This document shows positions 1-8,528 of a stretch of 33,437 nt of DNA, piece after piece (the first letter of the stretch is position 1; each line of letters opens with the position of its first letter). The notes below the pieces were generated by a model, which was not told the DNA's origin, searched no databases, and worked only from the letters and a program-made list of their open reading frames with translations. The DNA comes from Candidatus Mnemosynella bozhongmuii (GTDB lineage Archaea > Halobacteriota > Archaeoglobi > Mnemosynellales > Mnemosynellaceae): contig JACIWD010000090.1 in assembly GCA_014361165.1 (NCBI GenBank), forward strand, positions 1 to 33,437. Reading direction: 5' to 3'. Position numbers and translations under genes: made by a program.

Positions 1-444
1 ACGATTGGATGCGGAGCAACCGGATGGCTCACAGAAAACCATCCGAAGCTCAGGCCGGTTGACACGAACACAGACGGAGTCTACATCGCAGGATGCGCTC
101 AGGGCCCAAAGGACATTCCGGATTCAGTTGCCCAGGGTAAGGCTGCTGCTGCAGCAGCAGCAATTCCGATGTCCGCAGGAAAGATAAAGGTTGAACCAAT
201 TGTCGCAGAGGTCATCGAGGATCTCTGTGGAGGATGCAGAACATGCGAGGAGGTCTGTCCGTATGGAGCTCCGAAGATTGTTGAGAAGGATGGAAAATAC
301 AAGTCAGAGATCAATGCTGTTCTCTGCAAGGGGTGTGGAGCGTGCGTTGCTGCCTGTCCGGCTGGAGCAATCATTCAGCATGGATTCAAGGATGAGCAGA
401 TCAGAGCCCAGATTCAGGCTCTTACTTCGGAATATGAGGGGTGA
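1..444 (+). CDS. hdrA: Heterodisulfide reductase subunit A (HdrA/HdlA-like), C-terminal fragment; the 5' end lies outside the window
   Basis: Frame 1 is open from nt 1 ([46 protein letters not shown]...) to TGA 442-444. Two ferredoxin-type CxxCxxCxxxCP motifs ([24 protein letters not shown]). hdrC and hdrB follow directly. Confidence 0.85.
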   Translation, partial: TIGCGATGWLTENHPKLRPVDTNTDGVYIAGCAQGPKDIPDSVAQGKAAAAAAAIPMSAGKIKVEPIVAEVIEDLCGGCRTCEEVCPYGAPKIVEKDGKYKSEINAVLCKGCGACVAACPAGAIIQHGFKDEQIRAQIQALTSEYEG

Positions 445-450
445 TTTTCA

Positions 451-1002
451 ATGACTCTCGTGCTTGGAAAGATTGATAAAGAGTTTTTGAAGGAGCTTGA
501 GGAGAAAGGAGCTGAAACCCTTCAGAGATGCTATCAGTGTGGCACCTGTGTTGCAGATTGCCCTGCGACGAACTTCCCGGGGTTCAACATAAGGAGAATC
601 ATGCACAAAGCCTCTCTTGGTCTCAGAGATCTTCTTCTCAATGATGAAACTGTCTGGAGATGCACAACCTGCTACACCTGCTATGAAAGATGTCCTCAGA
701 ATGCAGATCCTACTTATGTGATCTTTGCAATCAGAAGGTTTCAGGCTGAGAACGGAAGAGTTCCCGAAGCTCAGAAGGAGGTTGCGAAGAACATCTACAC
801 TCTCGGGCACGCAATAACCATTGCAAAGGCAAAAGAGCTGAGAAAGAAGCTCGGACTTGAGGAGCTTCCACCAACTGCTGCGAAATATCCTGAAGCAATT
901 GAAGAGCTTCAGAAGATAATCGAGGGAACAAAAGCGATTGAGATTTTCGGTTTGAGGAAAGACTGGAAAGCACCATCAGATGAGGTTAAGGCGAGTGATT
1001 GA
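451..1002 (+). CDS. hdrC: Heterodisulfide reductase subunit C (2x[4Fe-4S])
   Basis: ATG 451, 6 nt after the hdrA stop. Motifs CYQCGTCVADCP and CTTCYTCYERCP. Size (183 aa) and position between hdrA and hdrB fit. Confidence 0.85.
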   Translation: MTLVLGKIDKEFLKELEEKGAETLQRCYQCGTCVADCPATNFPGFNIRRIMHKASLGLRDLLLNDETVWRCTTCYTCYERCPQNADPTYVIFAIRRFQAENGRVPEAQKEVAKNIYTLGHAITIAKAKELRKKLGLEELPPTAAKYPEAIEELQKIIEGTKAIEIFGLRKDWKAPSDEVKASD

Positions 1003-1003
1003 T

Positions 1004-1888
1004 ATGAAGTACGCAATATATTTGGGTTGCATAACTCCCTTAAGATATCCCGATATCGAAGCCTCCGTCAGAGAGACCCTTCCAGAGCTCGGGGTTGAGC
1101 TTGAGGACATCCCGAAAGCAACCTGCTGCCCTCCGGGAGGAGCATTTTGGAGCGCCGATGAAATGGCTGCGATGGCGATAAGTGCGAGGAACATCTCTCT
1201 TGCTGAAGAGATGAATCTCGATATGATGACAATCTGCAACGGATGCTATGGATTCCTGAAGAAGACAAACGAGAAGCTCAAGCATGATGAGGAGAAGAGA
1301 AAGAAGATAAATGAGATGCTGAAAAGAGCAAACAGAGAGTTCAAAGGGACAATAAAAGTTAAGCACATCGCAGAGGTTCTCTATGAGGATGTTGGAGTCG
1401 AAAAGATAAAGGAAGCGGTTAAGAGACCGCTCACAGGTTTGAAGTTTGCAGTTCACCCAGGATGCCATCTCATGAGACCCTCGGATTACATGAACTTCGA
1501 TGATCCTGAGTCACCGCATAAAGTTGAGGTTCTCGTCGAAGCTCTCGGAGCAGAAGTGGTCGAGTGGAGAGACAAGACAAAATGTTGCGGTGCTGGAGGA
1601 GGAATGAGGGGAACAGACCCCGAGCTGGCTCTAAAGATAACGAAGGAGAAGCTTCTCGCTCTGAAGGAAGCTCAGGTTGATGCTGTGGTCACGGTCTGTC
1701 CGTTCTGCCATCTCCAGTTTGACATAGGTCAGGATGACCTGAGGAAGAGGGGGGAGATTGACTTCTCTATTCCTTCAGTCTACTATACGCATCTTCTCGC
1801 TATTGCCATGGGAAGAGATCCAAAGCAGGTGCTATCATTTGCGAAAACTCCGAGAAATGAGCTGATAAAGAAGCTGGAGGGTGTTTGA
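1004..1888 (+). CDS. hdrB: Heterodisulfide reductase subunit B (two CCG domains)
   Basis: ATG 1004 (MKYAIYLGC...) is 1 nt after the hdrC stop; the track ORF starts in-frame at 980. CCG-domain cysteine signatures CCPPGG...C and CCGAGGG...CPFC. Confidence 0.88.
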   Translation: MKYAIYLGCITPLRYPDIEASVRETLPELGVELEDIPKATCCPPGGAFWSADEMAAMAISARNISLAEEMNLDMMTICNGCYGFLKKTNEKLKHDEEKRKKINEMLKRANREFKGTIKVKHIAEVLYEDVGVEKIKEAVKRPLTGLKFAVHPGCHLMRPSDYMNFDDPESPHKVEVLVEALGAEVVEWRDKTKCCGAGGGMRGTDPELALKITKEKLLALKEAQVDAVVTVCPFCHLQFDIGQDDLRKRGEIDFSIPSVYYTHLLAIAMGRDPKQVLSFAKTPRNELIKKLEGV

Positions 1889-1889
1889 A

Positions 1890-2321
1890 ATGAGTGAGGA
1901 ATTCGAACCCAATATTGTTGGCTTCGCCTGCAACTGGTGCACCTACGCTGGAGCTGATTTAGCTGGTCTCTCAAGATTCGAGTATCCCCCGACTGTGAAG
2001 ATCATCAGAGTTATGTGCTCCGGAAGAGTTGACCCCTCTTTCGTGCTTGAGGCATTTGCAAGAGGAGCAGATGGTGTCTTCATCGGAGGATGTCATGTTC
2101 CAGCGGACTGTCATTACCAGCGAGGAAACTTCAAGTGCTGGAGGAGAATTGAGATTTTGAAGAAACTTCTCGAACAGCTCGGAATCGAGCCAGAAAGACT
2201 TCGTCTCGAGTGGGTCGCAGCTTCTGAGGGTCAGAAATTTGCTGAGGTGATTAAAGAGTTCACGGAAACCCTTAAGAGGCTCGGTCCGAGCAAAATTAAA
2301 GGGGGTGTGAGGGTTGACTAA
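1890..2321 (+). CDS. mvhD: F420-non-reducing hydrogenase subunit D (MvhD, [2Fe-2S] linker to Hdr)
   Basis: ATG 1890 follows GGAGGG (1875-1880) and the hdrB stop (1886-1888). Typical MvhD N-terminus IVGFACNWCTYAGADLAG...CSGRVD...GGCHVPADCHY. Confidence 0.85.
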   Translation: MSEEFEPNIVGFACNWCTYAGADLAGLSRFEYPPTVKIIRVMCSGRVDPSFVLEAFARGADGVFIGGCHVPADCHYQRGNFKCWRRIEILKKLLEQLGIEPERLRLEWVAASEGQKFAEVIKEFTETLKRLGPSKIKGGVRVD

Positions 2322-3234
2322 ACCAAAAGTTGCAATCGTGGCTCTCGGTGTCTGCTCTGGATGCGAGGTCACGATTGTTGACACCGATGAAGCTCTTCTG
2401 GATATTCTCGGTGCAATTGACCTCTGTCATCTTCAGATCGCATCTGATTTCAAATATGAGGATATTCCTGAGGAGATTGACGTTGCCATCATCTCTGGAA
2501 ATGTGAGGAACGAGGAGAACATGGAGATTGCGAAGATGCTTGAGGAAAGAGCAAAGGTAGTCGTAGCGAATGGAAGCTGCGCTTGTTTTGGAGGAATTCC
2601 AGGTCTGGGGAACCTCTGGAGAAATGAGGATCTTATGAAATTTGCATACATGGAGTCTCCAACCACGGAGAATCCCGAAGGAGTTCTTCCCGAGCCAGAG
2701 GTCCTCACGCTTACAGAGAGAGTTTACGCACTTCCTGAGGTCATAAGAGTTGATTACATGATTCCCGGATGTCCACCACAGCCGCACACTTTCGTGGAGG
2801 TCATCACAGCTCTTCTTGAGGGAAGAGAACCACAGCTTCCGAGCTATAACCTCTGTGAGGAGTGCAAGAGGAAGAGGAGTGCAAAGAAGATGCCAACGAT
2901 AAGAAGATGGACCGAAGGAGTTGAGGACGATGGAGAAACATGTCTTCTTGAGCAGGGATTCTTGTGTTACGGTCCGGCAACAAGAGCTGGATGCGGAGCA
3001 ATTTGCGTGAACGAAGGAAATGCTCCGTGCATAGGATGTTATGGTCCAACTCCGCAGGTTGTTGACCAGGGAGCGAAGATGATCGGAGCAATCGGAGCAA
3101 TGGGCGATGTTGCAGCTCAGGAAGGAGAGGCAGACGAACCCGAGGAATTTGCGAAGAAGTTCGTTGATCCTGTTGGATGGCTCTATCGCTTCACTCTTCC
3201 CGCATCGCTGATTAAGGAGAGAATAAACAAGTGA
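2314..3234 (+). CDS. mvhG: [NiFe] hydrogenase small subunit, Mvh type (cytoplasmic, no twin-arginine signal)
   Basis: TTG 2314 overlaps the mvhD stop by 8 nt. N-terminus KVAIVALGVCSGCEVTIVD. Downstream Cys clusters (GSCACFGG, PGCPP, CxxC). No RRxFxK motif. Confidence 0.85.
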   Translation: MTKPKVAIVALGVCSGCEVTIVDTDEALLDILGAIDLCHLQIASDFKYEDIPEEIDVAIISGNVRNEENMEIAKMLEERAKVVVANGSCACFGGIPGLGNLWRNEDLMKFAYMESPTTENPEGVLPEPEVLTLTERVYALPEVIRVDYMIPGCPPQPHTFVEVITALLEGREPQLPSYNLCEECKRKRSAKKMPTIRRWTEGVEDDGETCLLEQGFLCYGPATRAGCGAICVNEGNAPCIGCYGPTPQVVDQGAKMIGAIGAMGDVAAQEGEADEPEEFAKKFVDPVGWLYRFTLPASLIKERINK

Positions 3235-3244
3235 GGTGAATGAA

Positions 3245-4687
3245 ATGAAGAAGATTACGATCAATCCCGTAACGCGTGTTGAAGGACACATGAGGGTTGA
3301 GGTCTTCCTCGATGAGGATGGAAGCGTTAAGGATGCTCATACAAGCACAGTTGAGTTCAGAGGTTATGAGAAGTTCTGTGTTGGAAGAAGAGTCGAGGAA
3401 ATGCCAAGAATAGTTTCAACAATCTGTGGAACCTGTCCGGTGTCGCATCATCTTGCTTCTGCGAAAGCCGGAGATGCTGTTTACGGAGTTGAGAATGAGA
3501 TTCCAGAAACCGCATACAAGCTGAGGGAACTAATGCACATGGGTCAGATAATCCACAGCCATCTGATTCACTTCTATGTGCTTGCTGCTCCAGATCTCGT
3601 TCTCGGTCCAGATCATCCTCCTGCGACGAGAAACATCCTCGGCCTCGTTGATGCAGTTGGAGTTGACTTCGTGAAAGAGGTGATCAGAGCTCGAGCAACA
3701 GGTCAGGAGTTAGTTGCAGCGACGGGAGCAAAGAGGCTTCACCAGTCCACTGCAGTTCCCGGAGGAATAACTGCAGTTCTTTCTGAGGAAAAGAGGAGAG
3801 AGCTTCTTGAGAAGGTGAAGAACAACGTTCTTCCATTAATGGAGAAATCAATTCAGCTTGCTCAGGAGCTCCTCTTTGATAAATACGCTGATCTCGTTCA
3901 GAGCTTCGGAGTAGTTGAAACAAGTCATATGGGTCTTGTGAACAACGGAAATCTTGATCTCTATCACGGAGTCATCAGGGTGATGACGCCTGATGGAGAG
4001 ACCTTCGAATTTGAGGCAAAGGACTATCAGAACGAGATCGGTGAGATTGTTCACAGCTTCTCCTCGATGAAGAGCCAGTATCTCAAGCGCATGGGATCTC
4101 CCGAGAAGGGAATCTACAGAGTTAATGCACTTCCGAGGATCAACGTCTGCGATCAGATAAGTACCGAAAGAGCAAATGAGCTTCTGAAAGACTTCAGAAA
4201 GAAGTTCGGAAGACCAGCTCAGCAGACGCTTCTCTATCACTACTGCAGGTTGATAGAAACTATGCATGCGGCCGAGAAGGCCATAGAGATCCTTAAGGAC
4301 AAGGAGACGATCACGAGCACGAAAAACAGAGTGAAGCTGGAAAAGACACCAACCGAGGGAGTTGGAGTCATAGAGGCACCGAGAGGAACCCTTTTCCACC
4401 ACTACAAGACTGATGAGAACGGAATAGTTAAAGAGGCGAACATCATTGTTGCGACCTCTCAGAACCAGCTCGCATGGAATGAGGGAGTTAAACAGGTTGC
4501 CAAAGAGTTCATCAAGCCGGGAGAGGAGATCACTCAGGGAGTTCTGAACAGAATAGAGATGATCATCAGAGCCTATGATCCATGCAACTCCTGTGCAACC
4601 CACACTCTACCAGGTAAGATGCCTCTCGAGCTTGTCATCTATGACAGCGATGGAAAAATCGTCGAAACCCTGAGGAGAAACATTTAA
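3245..4687 (+). CDS. mvhA: [NiFe] hydrogenase large subunit, Mvh type
   Basis: ATG 3245 lies 6 nt after GAGGTGA. N-terminal RVEGH and ICGTCPVSHH motifs. C-terminal DPCNSCATH followed by a 27-aa tail, the expected substrate of the maturation protease. Confidence 0.9.
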   Translation: MKKITINPVTRVEGHMRVEVFLDEDGSVKDAHTSTVEFRGYEKFCVGRRVEEMPRIVSTICGTCPVSHHLASAKAGDAVYGVENEIPETAYKLRELMHMGQIIHSHLIHFYVLAAPDLVLGPDHPPATRNILGLVDAVGVDFVKEVIRARATGQELVAATGAKRLHQSTAVPGGITAVLSEEKRRELLEKVKNNVLPLMEKSIQLAQELLFDKYADLVQSFGVVETSHMGLVNNGNLDLYHGVIRVMTPDGETFEFEAKDYQNEIGEIVHSFSSMKSQYLKRMGSPEKGIYRVNALPRINVCDQISTERANELLKDFRKKFGRPAQQTLLYHYCRLIETMHAAEKAIEILKDKETITSTKNRVKLEKTPTEGVGVIEAPRGTLFHHYKTDENGIVKEANIIVATSQNQLAWNEGVKQVAKEFIKPGEEITQGVLNRIEMIIRAYDPCNSCATHTLPGKMPLELVIYDSDGKIVETLRRNI

Positions 4688-4713
4688 AAACTCCCTCCCT
4701 CACCCCTCTTTTT

Positions 4714-5181
4714 ATGCCAAAGCCAATTCTTATCATCGGCTGCGGAAATCCTCTCATGGGAGATGACGGAGCCGGAAACAGAGTTGTCGAGAAGTTGAGA
4801 GAGTTTCAGCTTCCAGAGTATGTTGAGATTGAAGATGTTGGTGTTGGCGGACTTGGAATCATCGAGCTCCTTTTGGATAGAAAGAAGATCATAGTTGTTG
4901 ATGCAGTCAGAACAGGAGCTCCTCCGGGAACACTTCATGTCCTCAGAAGAGATGAACTTCCATCCGCTAACTTCTTCATGATCTCTCCTCACGACATCGG
5001 GCTTCTTGAGACTCTTGAGCTTGCTGAAAAGGTCTTTCCCGAGAGGGTCACAAAAAACATTCTTGTGATAGGGATTGAAGCTGGAGTGGTGACGGAATAC
5101 ACTGATATCGTGAGCGAGGAAGTGAGAAGGGCGATTGACGAAGCGGTTCAGATAGTTCTTCAGGAACTTGGTATAACTTAG
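4714..5181 (+). CDS. Hydrogenase maturation endopeptidase (HycI/FrhD/HyaD family)
   Basis: ILIIGCGNPLMGDDGAGNRVVEKL N-terminus and a later HD motif (ISPHDIG). Sits directly 3' of the large-subunit gene. Confidence 0.8.
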   Translation: MPKPILIIGCGNPLMGDDGAGNRVVEKLREFQLPEYVEIEDVGVGGLGIIELLLDRKKIIVVDAVRTGAPPGTLHVLRRDELPSANFFMISPHDIGLLETLELAEKVFPERVTKNILVIGIEAGVVTEYTDIVSEEVRRAIDEAVQIVLQELGIT

Positions 5182-5186
5182 TTTTT
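5182..5186 (+). terminator. Oligo-T (T5) tract directly after the protease stop; candidate end of the hdr-mvh transcription unit
   Basis: TAG-TTTTT at 5179-5186. Archaeal termination commonly uses oligo-T. No transcript data available. Confidence 0.3.
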
Positions 5187-5198
5187 GATTTCCATAAG

Positions 5199-5208
5199 AT
5201 ATTTATAA
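5199..5208 (+). promoter_or_regulatory. TATA-like box (GATATTTATAA) abutting the first ATG of the thi4 ORF
   Basis: ATTTATAA at 5201-5208. A start site about 25 nt downstream would make ATG 5232 a leaderless start. Confidence 0.3.
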
Positions 5209-6011
5209 TGGCACCTGAAAAGAGTTCTCTCATGAGCCCAATGCTTAGAGAAGGGGATCTCGCTGAGCTCTTCTTCAGAGCATCATTCGAGGAGCTCAGG
5301 AGCATCACGAAAAATGATGTCATCATAGTTGGAGCCGGACCTTCGGGTCTCGTCGCTGCATGGAAGCTTGCTGAGAAGGGAAAGAAAGTCCTCATTCTTG
5401 AGAGGATGCTCGGAGTTGGCGGAGGAATCAGAGGTGGAGGGATGCTCCTCCCTGTTGCTCTTCTTCAGGATGAGGCTTCATCGATTCTCAGAGAAGCTGG
5501 AGTCAAGCTCAAGAATCTTTCAGAAGGCCTCTATTATGTGAACCCCACAGAAATGTCTGTGAAGCTCGCTTCAAAGGCGATTGACAGCGGAGCAAGCATT
5601 CTTGTTGGAGTTGAGGTCGATGATCTCATAGTGAGGAGGGGAGAGAATTTCAGGGTTGAAGGAGTAGTGATAAACTGGACCCCAATCGTCGAAGCCGGCT
5701 GGCATGTTGATCCGCTGATGCTCGAAGCAAAAGCAGTGGTCGATGCAACAGGTCATGATGCAAGAGTCCTGAGAACCCTTGCCAAGAGATGTCCTGAGCT
5801 GAATCTTGAGGTCAGAGGCATGAGCGGGATGGATGTTTGGAGAGGGGAGGAGGATGTTGTGAAGTTCACAGGGAAAGTCGTCGAAGGTCTTTATCTTGCT
5901 GGGATGAGTGTCGCAGAGCTTCACAACACAACGAGAATGGGTCCAATTTTCGGAGGAATGCTTTTGAGCGGAAAGAAAGTCGCAGAACTGATTATTCAGG
6001 ATCTGAGGTGA
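5208..6011 (+). CDS. thi4: Thiazole synthase Thi4 (ADP-thiazole synthase, archaeal His-type)
   Basis: Dinucleotide fold VIIVGAGPSGLVAAWKLAEKGKKVLILE...GGG, DATGHDA, GMLLSGKK. AGWHVDP carries His where yeast THI4 has the sulfur-donor Cys. The start may instead be ATG 5232 (33 aa before GAGPSG, as I recall for methanogen Thi4). Confidence 0.88.
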   Translation: MAPEKSSLMSPMLREGDLAELFFRASFEELRSITKNDVIIVGAGPSGLVAAWKLAEKGKKVLILERMLGVGGGIRGGGMLLPVALLQDEASSILREAGVKLKNLSEGLYYVNPTEMSVKLASKAIDSGASILVGVEVDDLIVRRGENFRVEGVVINWTPIVEAGWHVDPLMLEAKAVVDATGHDARVLRTLAKRCPELNLEVRGMSGMDVWRGEEDVVKFTGKVVEGLYLAGMSVAELHNTTRMGPIFGGMLLSGKKVAELIIQDLR

Positions 6012-6015
6012 GAGG

Positions 6016-6819
6016 ATGAAGGAGAGAATAGCTGAAAGCCTGAAAAAGCTGAGGGACAGGAGACCCCTCGTTCAGAACATTACGAACTTCGTGGTGATGA
6101 ACACAACCGCAAATGCTCTTCTTTCAATCGGAGCCTCTCCTGTTATGGCTCATGCTGTTGAAGAGCTTGAGGAGATGCTCGCAATAGCCGACGCTCTTGT
6201 TGTGAACATCGGAACTCTTGATGACCGCTGGGTTGACTCGATGAGAAGGGCTGTCGAGATTGCGGGAGAGATGAAAAAGCCTGTTGTTCTTGATCCAGTA
6301 GGAGCTGGAGCAACAAAATACAGAACAAGAACCGCACTCGAACTTCTTGAGATAGGTTCCATCTCGGTTCTCAGAGGGAATTTCGGAGAGATAAAAGCAC
6401 TTCTCGGAGAGAGTGGAGCAACGAGAGGCGTCGATTCTGTTGAATATGATGAGAGGGCTGCGGGAGAGCTCGCACTCAGGGCATCGGAGAGCTTTGGAAC
6501 AGCTGTTGCGGTTACGGGAAAGGTAGATTATGTGAGCGATGGAAAGAAGCTTTTCTCTGTGATGAACGGACATGAGATGTTGGAGAGAGTCACAGGAACA
6601 GGATGCATTGTAACATCGCTGATAGGCGCATTCTTGGCTGTCGACTCTCCTGTTTACGCTTCTCTGAGCGCTCTGACCATTTTCGGAATATCCGCAGAGC
6701 TCAGCTTCGAGGAGGCACCCTTCCCTGGGAGTTTCCATGTGAAGCTCTATGACTGGCTTTATAAGATAGGTGAGAGAGAGATTCTTGAAAGAGCAAGGGT
6801 GAACGAAATTGAAGCTTGA
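6016..6819 (+). CDS. thiM: Hydroxyethylthiazole kinase
   Basis: VQNITNFVVMNTTANALLSIGASPVMAH and TGTGC motifs. 267 aa, in a thiamine gene string. Confidence 0.9.
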   Translation: MKERIAESLKKLRDRRPLVQNITNFVVMNTTANALLSIGASPVMAHAVEELEEMLAIADALVVNIGTLDDRWVDSMRRAVEIAGEMKKPVVLDPVGAGATKYRTRTALELLEIGSISVLRGNFGEIKALLGESGATRGVDSVEYDERAAGELALRASESFGTAVAVTGKVDYVSDGKKLFSVMNGHEMLERVTGTGCIVTSLIGAFLAVDSPVYASLSALTIFGISAELSFEEAPFPGSFHVKLYDWLYKIGEREILERARVNEIEA

Positions 6820-7444
6820 GAAGAGATTGAGACTTTATGTCATCACAGATGGAAGGCTTGTTGATGAGGTTGAGGGAACCGAAAAGGCTCTGAAAGGAGG
6901 AGCAACAGCAATACAACTCAGAATGAAGGGTGAACCTACGAGAAAGATGATTGAAGTTGGCAAGAAGCTCAGAAAACTCACCGAGGAATATGATGCTCTC
7001 TTTTTCGTGAATGATCGTGTGGATGTTGCAATGGCTGTTGATGCCGATGGAGCTCATCTCGGCCAAGAGGACATGCCGGTTGAGACAGCAAGAGAAATTG
7101 CACCAGAACTCATCATTGGAGTTTCAGCAAGTTCTGTTCAAGAAGCTGTTGAAGCCGAGAATGGAGGGGCAGATTACATCGGCGCCGGAGCAGTTTTTCC
7201 AACCTCAACAAAGAGTGATGCGGAGTTCCTGGGCATTGAAGCTCTTGAGGAAATCGTCAGAAGGGTGAGAATTCCAGTGGTTGCAATAGGAGGAATAACT
7301 CACGAAAATGTTCTTGAGGTTCTTCGCAGAGGGGCTCACGGAGTTGCGGTCATTTCCGCAATCATGGGAGCAGATGACATAGAGGGGGCAGCAAGGAGAA
7401 TGAGAGAGATAATAGATGGGTTCTTCGGGGATGAAGAGAGTTAA
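6809..7444 (+). CDS. thiE: Thiamine-phosphate synthase
   Basis: LYVITD..., AIQLRMK, GADYIGAGAVFPTSTK, VVAIGGI motifs. TTG 6809 overlaps the thiM stop; TTG 6827 is an alternative start. Confidence 0.88.
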   Translation: MKLEKRLRLYVITDGRLVDEVEGTEKALKGGATAIQLRMKGEPTRKMIEVGKKLRKLTEEYDALFFVNDRVDVAMAVDADGAHLGQEDMPVETAREIAPELIIGVSASSVQEAVEAENGGADYIGAGAVFPTSTKSDAEFLGIEALEEIVRRVRIPVVAIGGITHENVLEVLRRGAHGVAVISAIMGADDIEGAARRMREIIDGFFGDEES

Positions 7445-8528
7445 ATGTGCTCTGACAGTAGCTGGAAGTGACAGCGGGGGCGGAGCAGGAATATCAGCTG
7501 ACCTGAGAACATTCTCTGTTTTTGGAGTTCACCCTCTCGTTGCGATAACCGCCATCACCGCACAGAACACGAAAGAAGTGAGATCCATTTTTCAAATTCC
7601 TCCAGAGGTTCTCAGAGCTCAGCTGGAAGCAATATTCGACGATTTTAATGTTTCAGCTGCCAAAACAGGAATGCTTCTCTCATCGGAACTCATTGAAGTT
7701 GTTGCAGAGTTTTTCGGTGATCTGAAAATCCCTCTTGTCATAGACCCTGTGCTCAGAGCAAGCACTGGGGCAGAACTTCTCAGAGAGGATGGGCTGAGAG
7801 CTCTTAAAGAGAAGCTCATCCCTCTGTCATTTCTCATAACTCCTAACATTCCAGAGGCTGAGATTCTGAGTGGAGTTAAAATAAGGAACTCCGAGGACAT
7901 GAAGAACTCAGCAAGAGCAATCTCAGAGGAGCTTGGAGCCAGGGCTGTTCTGATAAAAGGAGGTCATCTTGGGGGAGATGCCACTGATCTTCTCTATTTC
8001 AACGAAACCTTCAGATTTTTCAACTCTCCGAGAGTTTCCGGATGCTCCCATGGAACAGGATGCACGCTCTCAGCCGGAATCACTGCTCTCTTAGCTAAGG
8101 GATTCGAGCTTGAAGAAGCGGTGAGGAGAGCAAAGGAATTCACGAGGATCTCAATCCTTCACGGCTCTCTCGTCGGCTCTGGAAATTGTCCAGTTAATCC
8201 ACTTTCATGGCTTGAGATTCCTGCTGAAAGATGGAAGATTTTTGAGGAAATCCTGAATCACGAAGAATTTCTGAGAGGAAAATTTTCGGAGTATTTCAGT
8301 GTGGTTTCAAGACTTCCCGGATTCTTCTCGGATGATTTTCTTGAGCTCAGATTTTCAGAGAGAGGAGTTTCTATATCTCTCAACTCTGAGATTGCAAGAA
8401 AGGTTCTCTCTCGTTCAACATCATCATTTGCAGTCATTATGAAACCAGAAGAAATTTCAGAAGAGTCTGAAAAGAAATTTGAGAGATTTTCGGAGATTCA
8501 ATTCTTCAACTCTTTCGATGAGCTCTAA
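7431..8528 (+). CDS. thiD: Hydroxymethylpyrimidine/phosphomethylpyrimidine kinase with an uncharacterised ~108-aa C-terminal extension
   Basis: ATG 7431 (MKRVKCALTVAGSDSGGGAGI) overlaps the thiE stop. ThiD motifs AAKTGML, VIDPV, KGGH, GTGCTLSA. The kinase core ends near NCPVNPL, about 8200. Confidence 0.85.
   Translation: MKRVKCALTVAGSDSGGGAGISADLRTFSVFGVHPLVAITAITAQNTKEVRSIFQIPPEVLRAQLEAIFDDFNVSAAKTGMLLSSELIEVVAEFFGDLKIPLVIDPVLRASTGAELLREDGLRALKEKLIPLSFLITPNIPEAEILSGVKIRNSEDMKNSARAISEELGARAVLIKGGHLGGDATDLLYFNETFRFFNSPRVSGCSHGTGCTLSAGITALLAKGFELEEAVRRAKEFTRISILHGSLVGSGNCPVNPLSWLEIPAERWKIFEEILNHEEFLRGKFSEYFSVVSRLPGFFSDDFLELRFSERGVSISLNSEIARKVLSRSTSSFAVIMKPEEISEESEKKFERFSEIQFFNSFDEL

Noticed and set aside
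1899-1910. GAATTCGAACCC (reverse complement GGGTTCGAATTC), which resembles a tRNA T-arm/T-loop.
   Set aside because: It lies inside the mvhD coding frame (EEFEPN). No acceptor, D or anticodon arms can be built around it on either strand.
2296-3291. Very long antisense ORFs in the track. Examples: 2296-3291(-) 331 aa, 3848-4603(-) 251 aa, 6124-6738(-) 204 aa, 26972-27760(+) 262 aa, 28057-28611(+) 184 aa, 24716-25204(+) 162 aa, 15670-16149(+), 16205-16615(+).
   Set aside because: Each lies opposite a gene with unmistakable family motifs. Their translations are low-complexity S/L/R/C-rich with no recognisable motifs. The purine-rich GAR/AAR codon bias of the real genes suppresses stop codons on the opposite strand.
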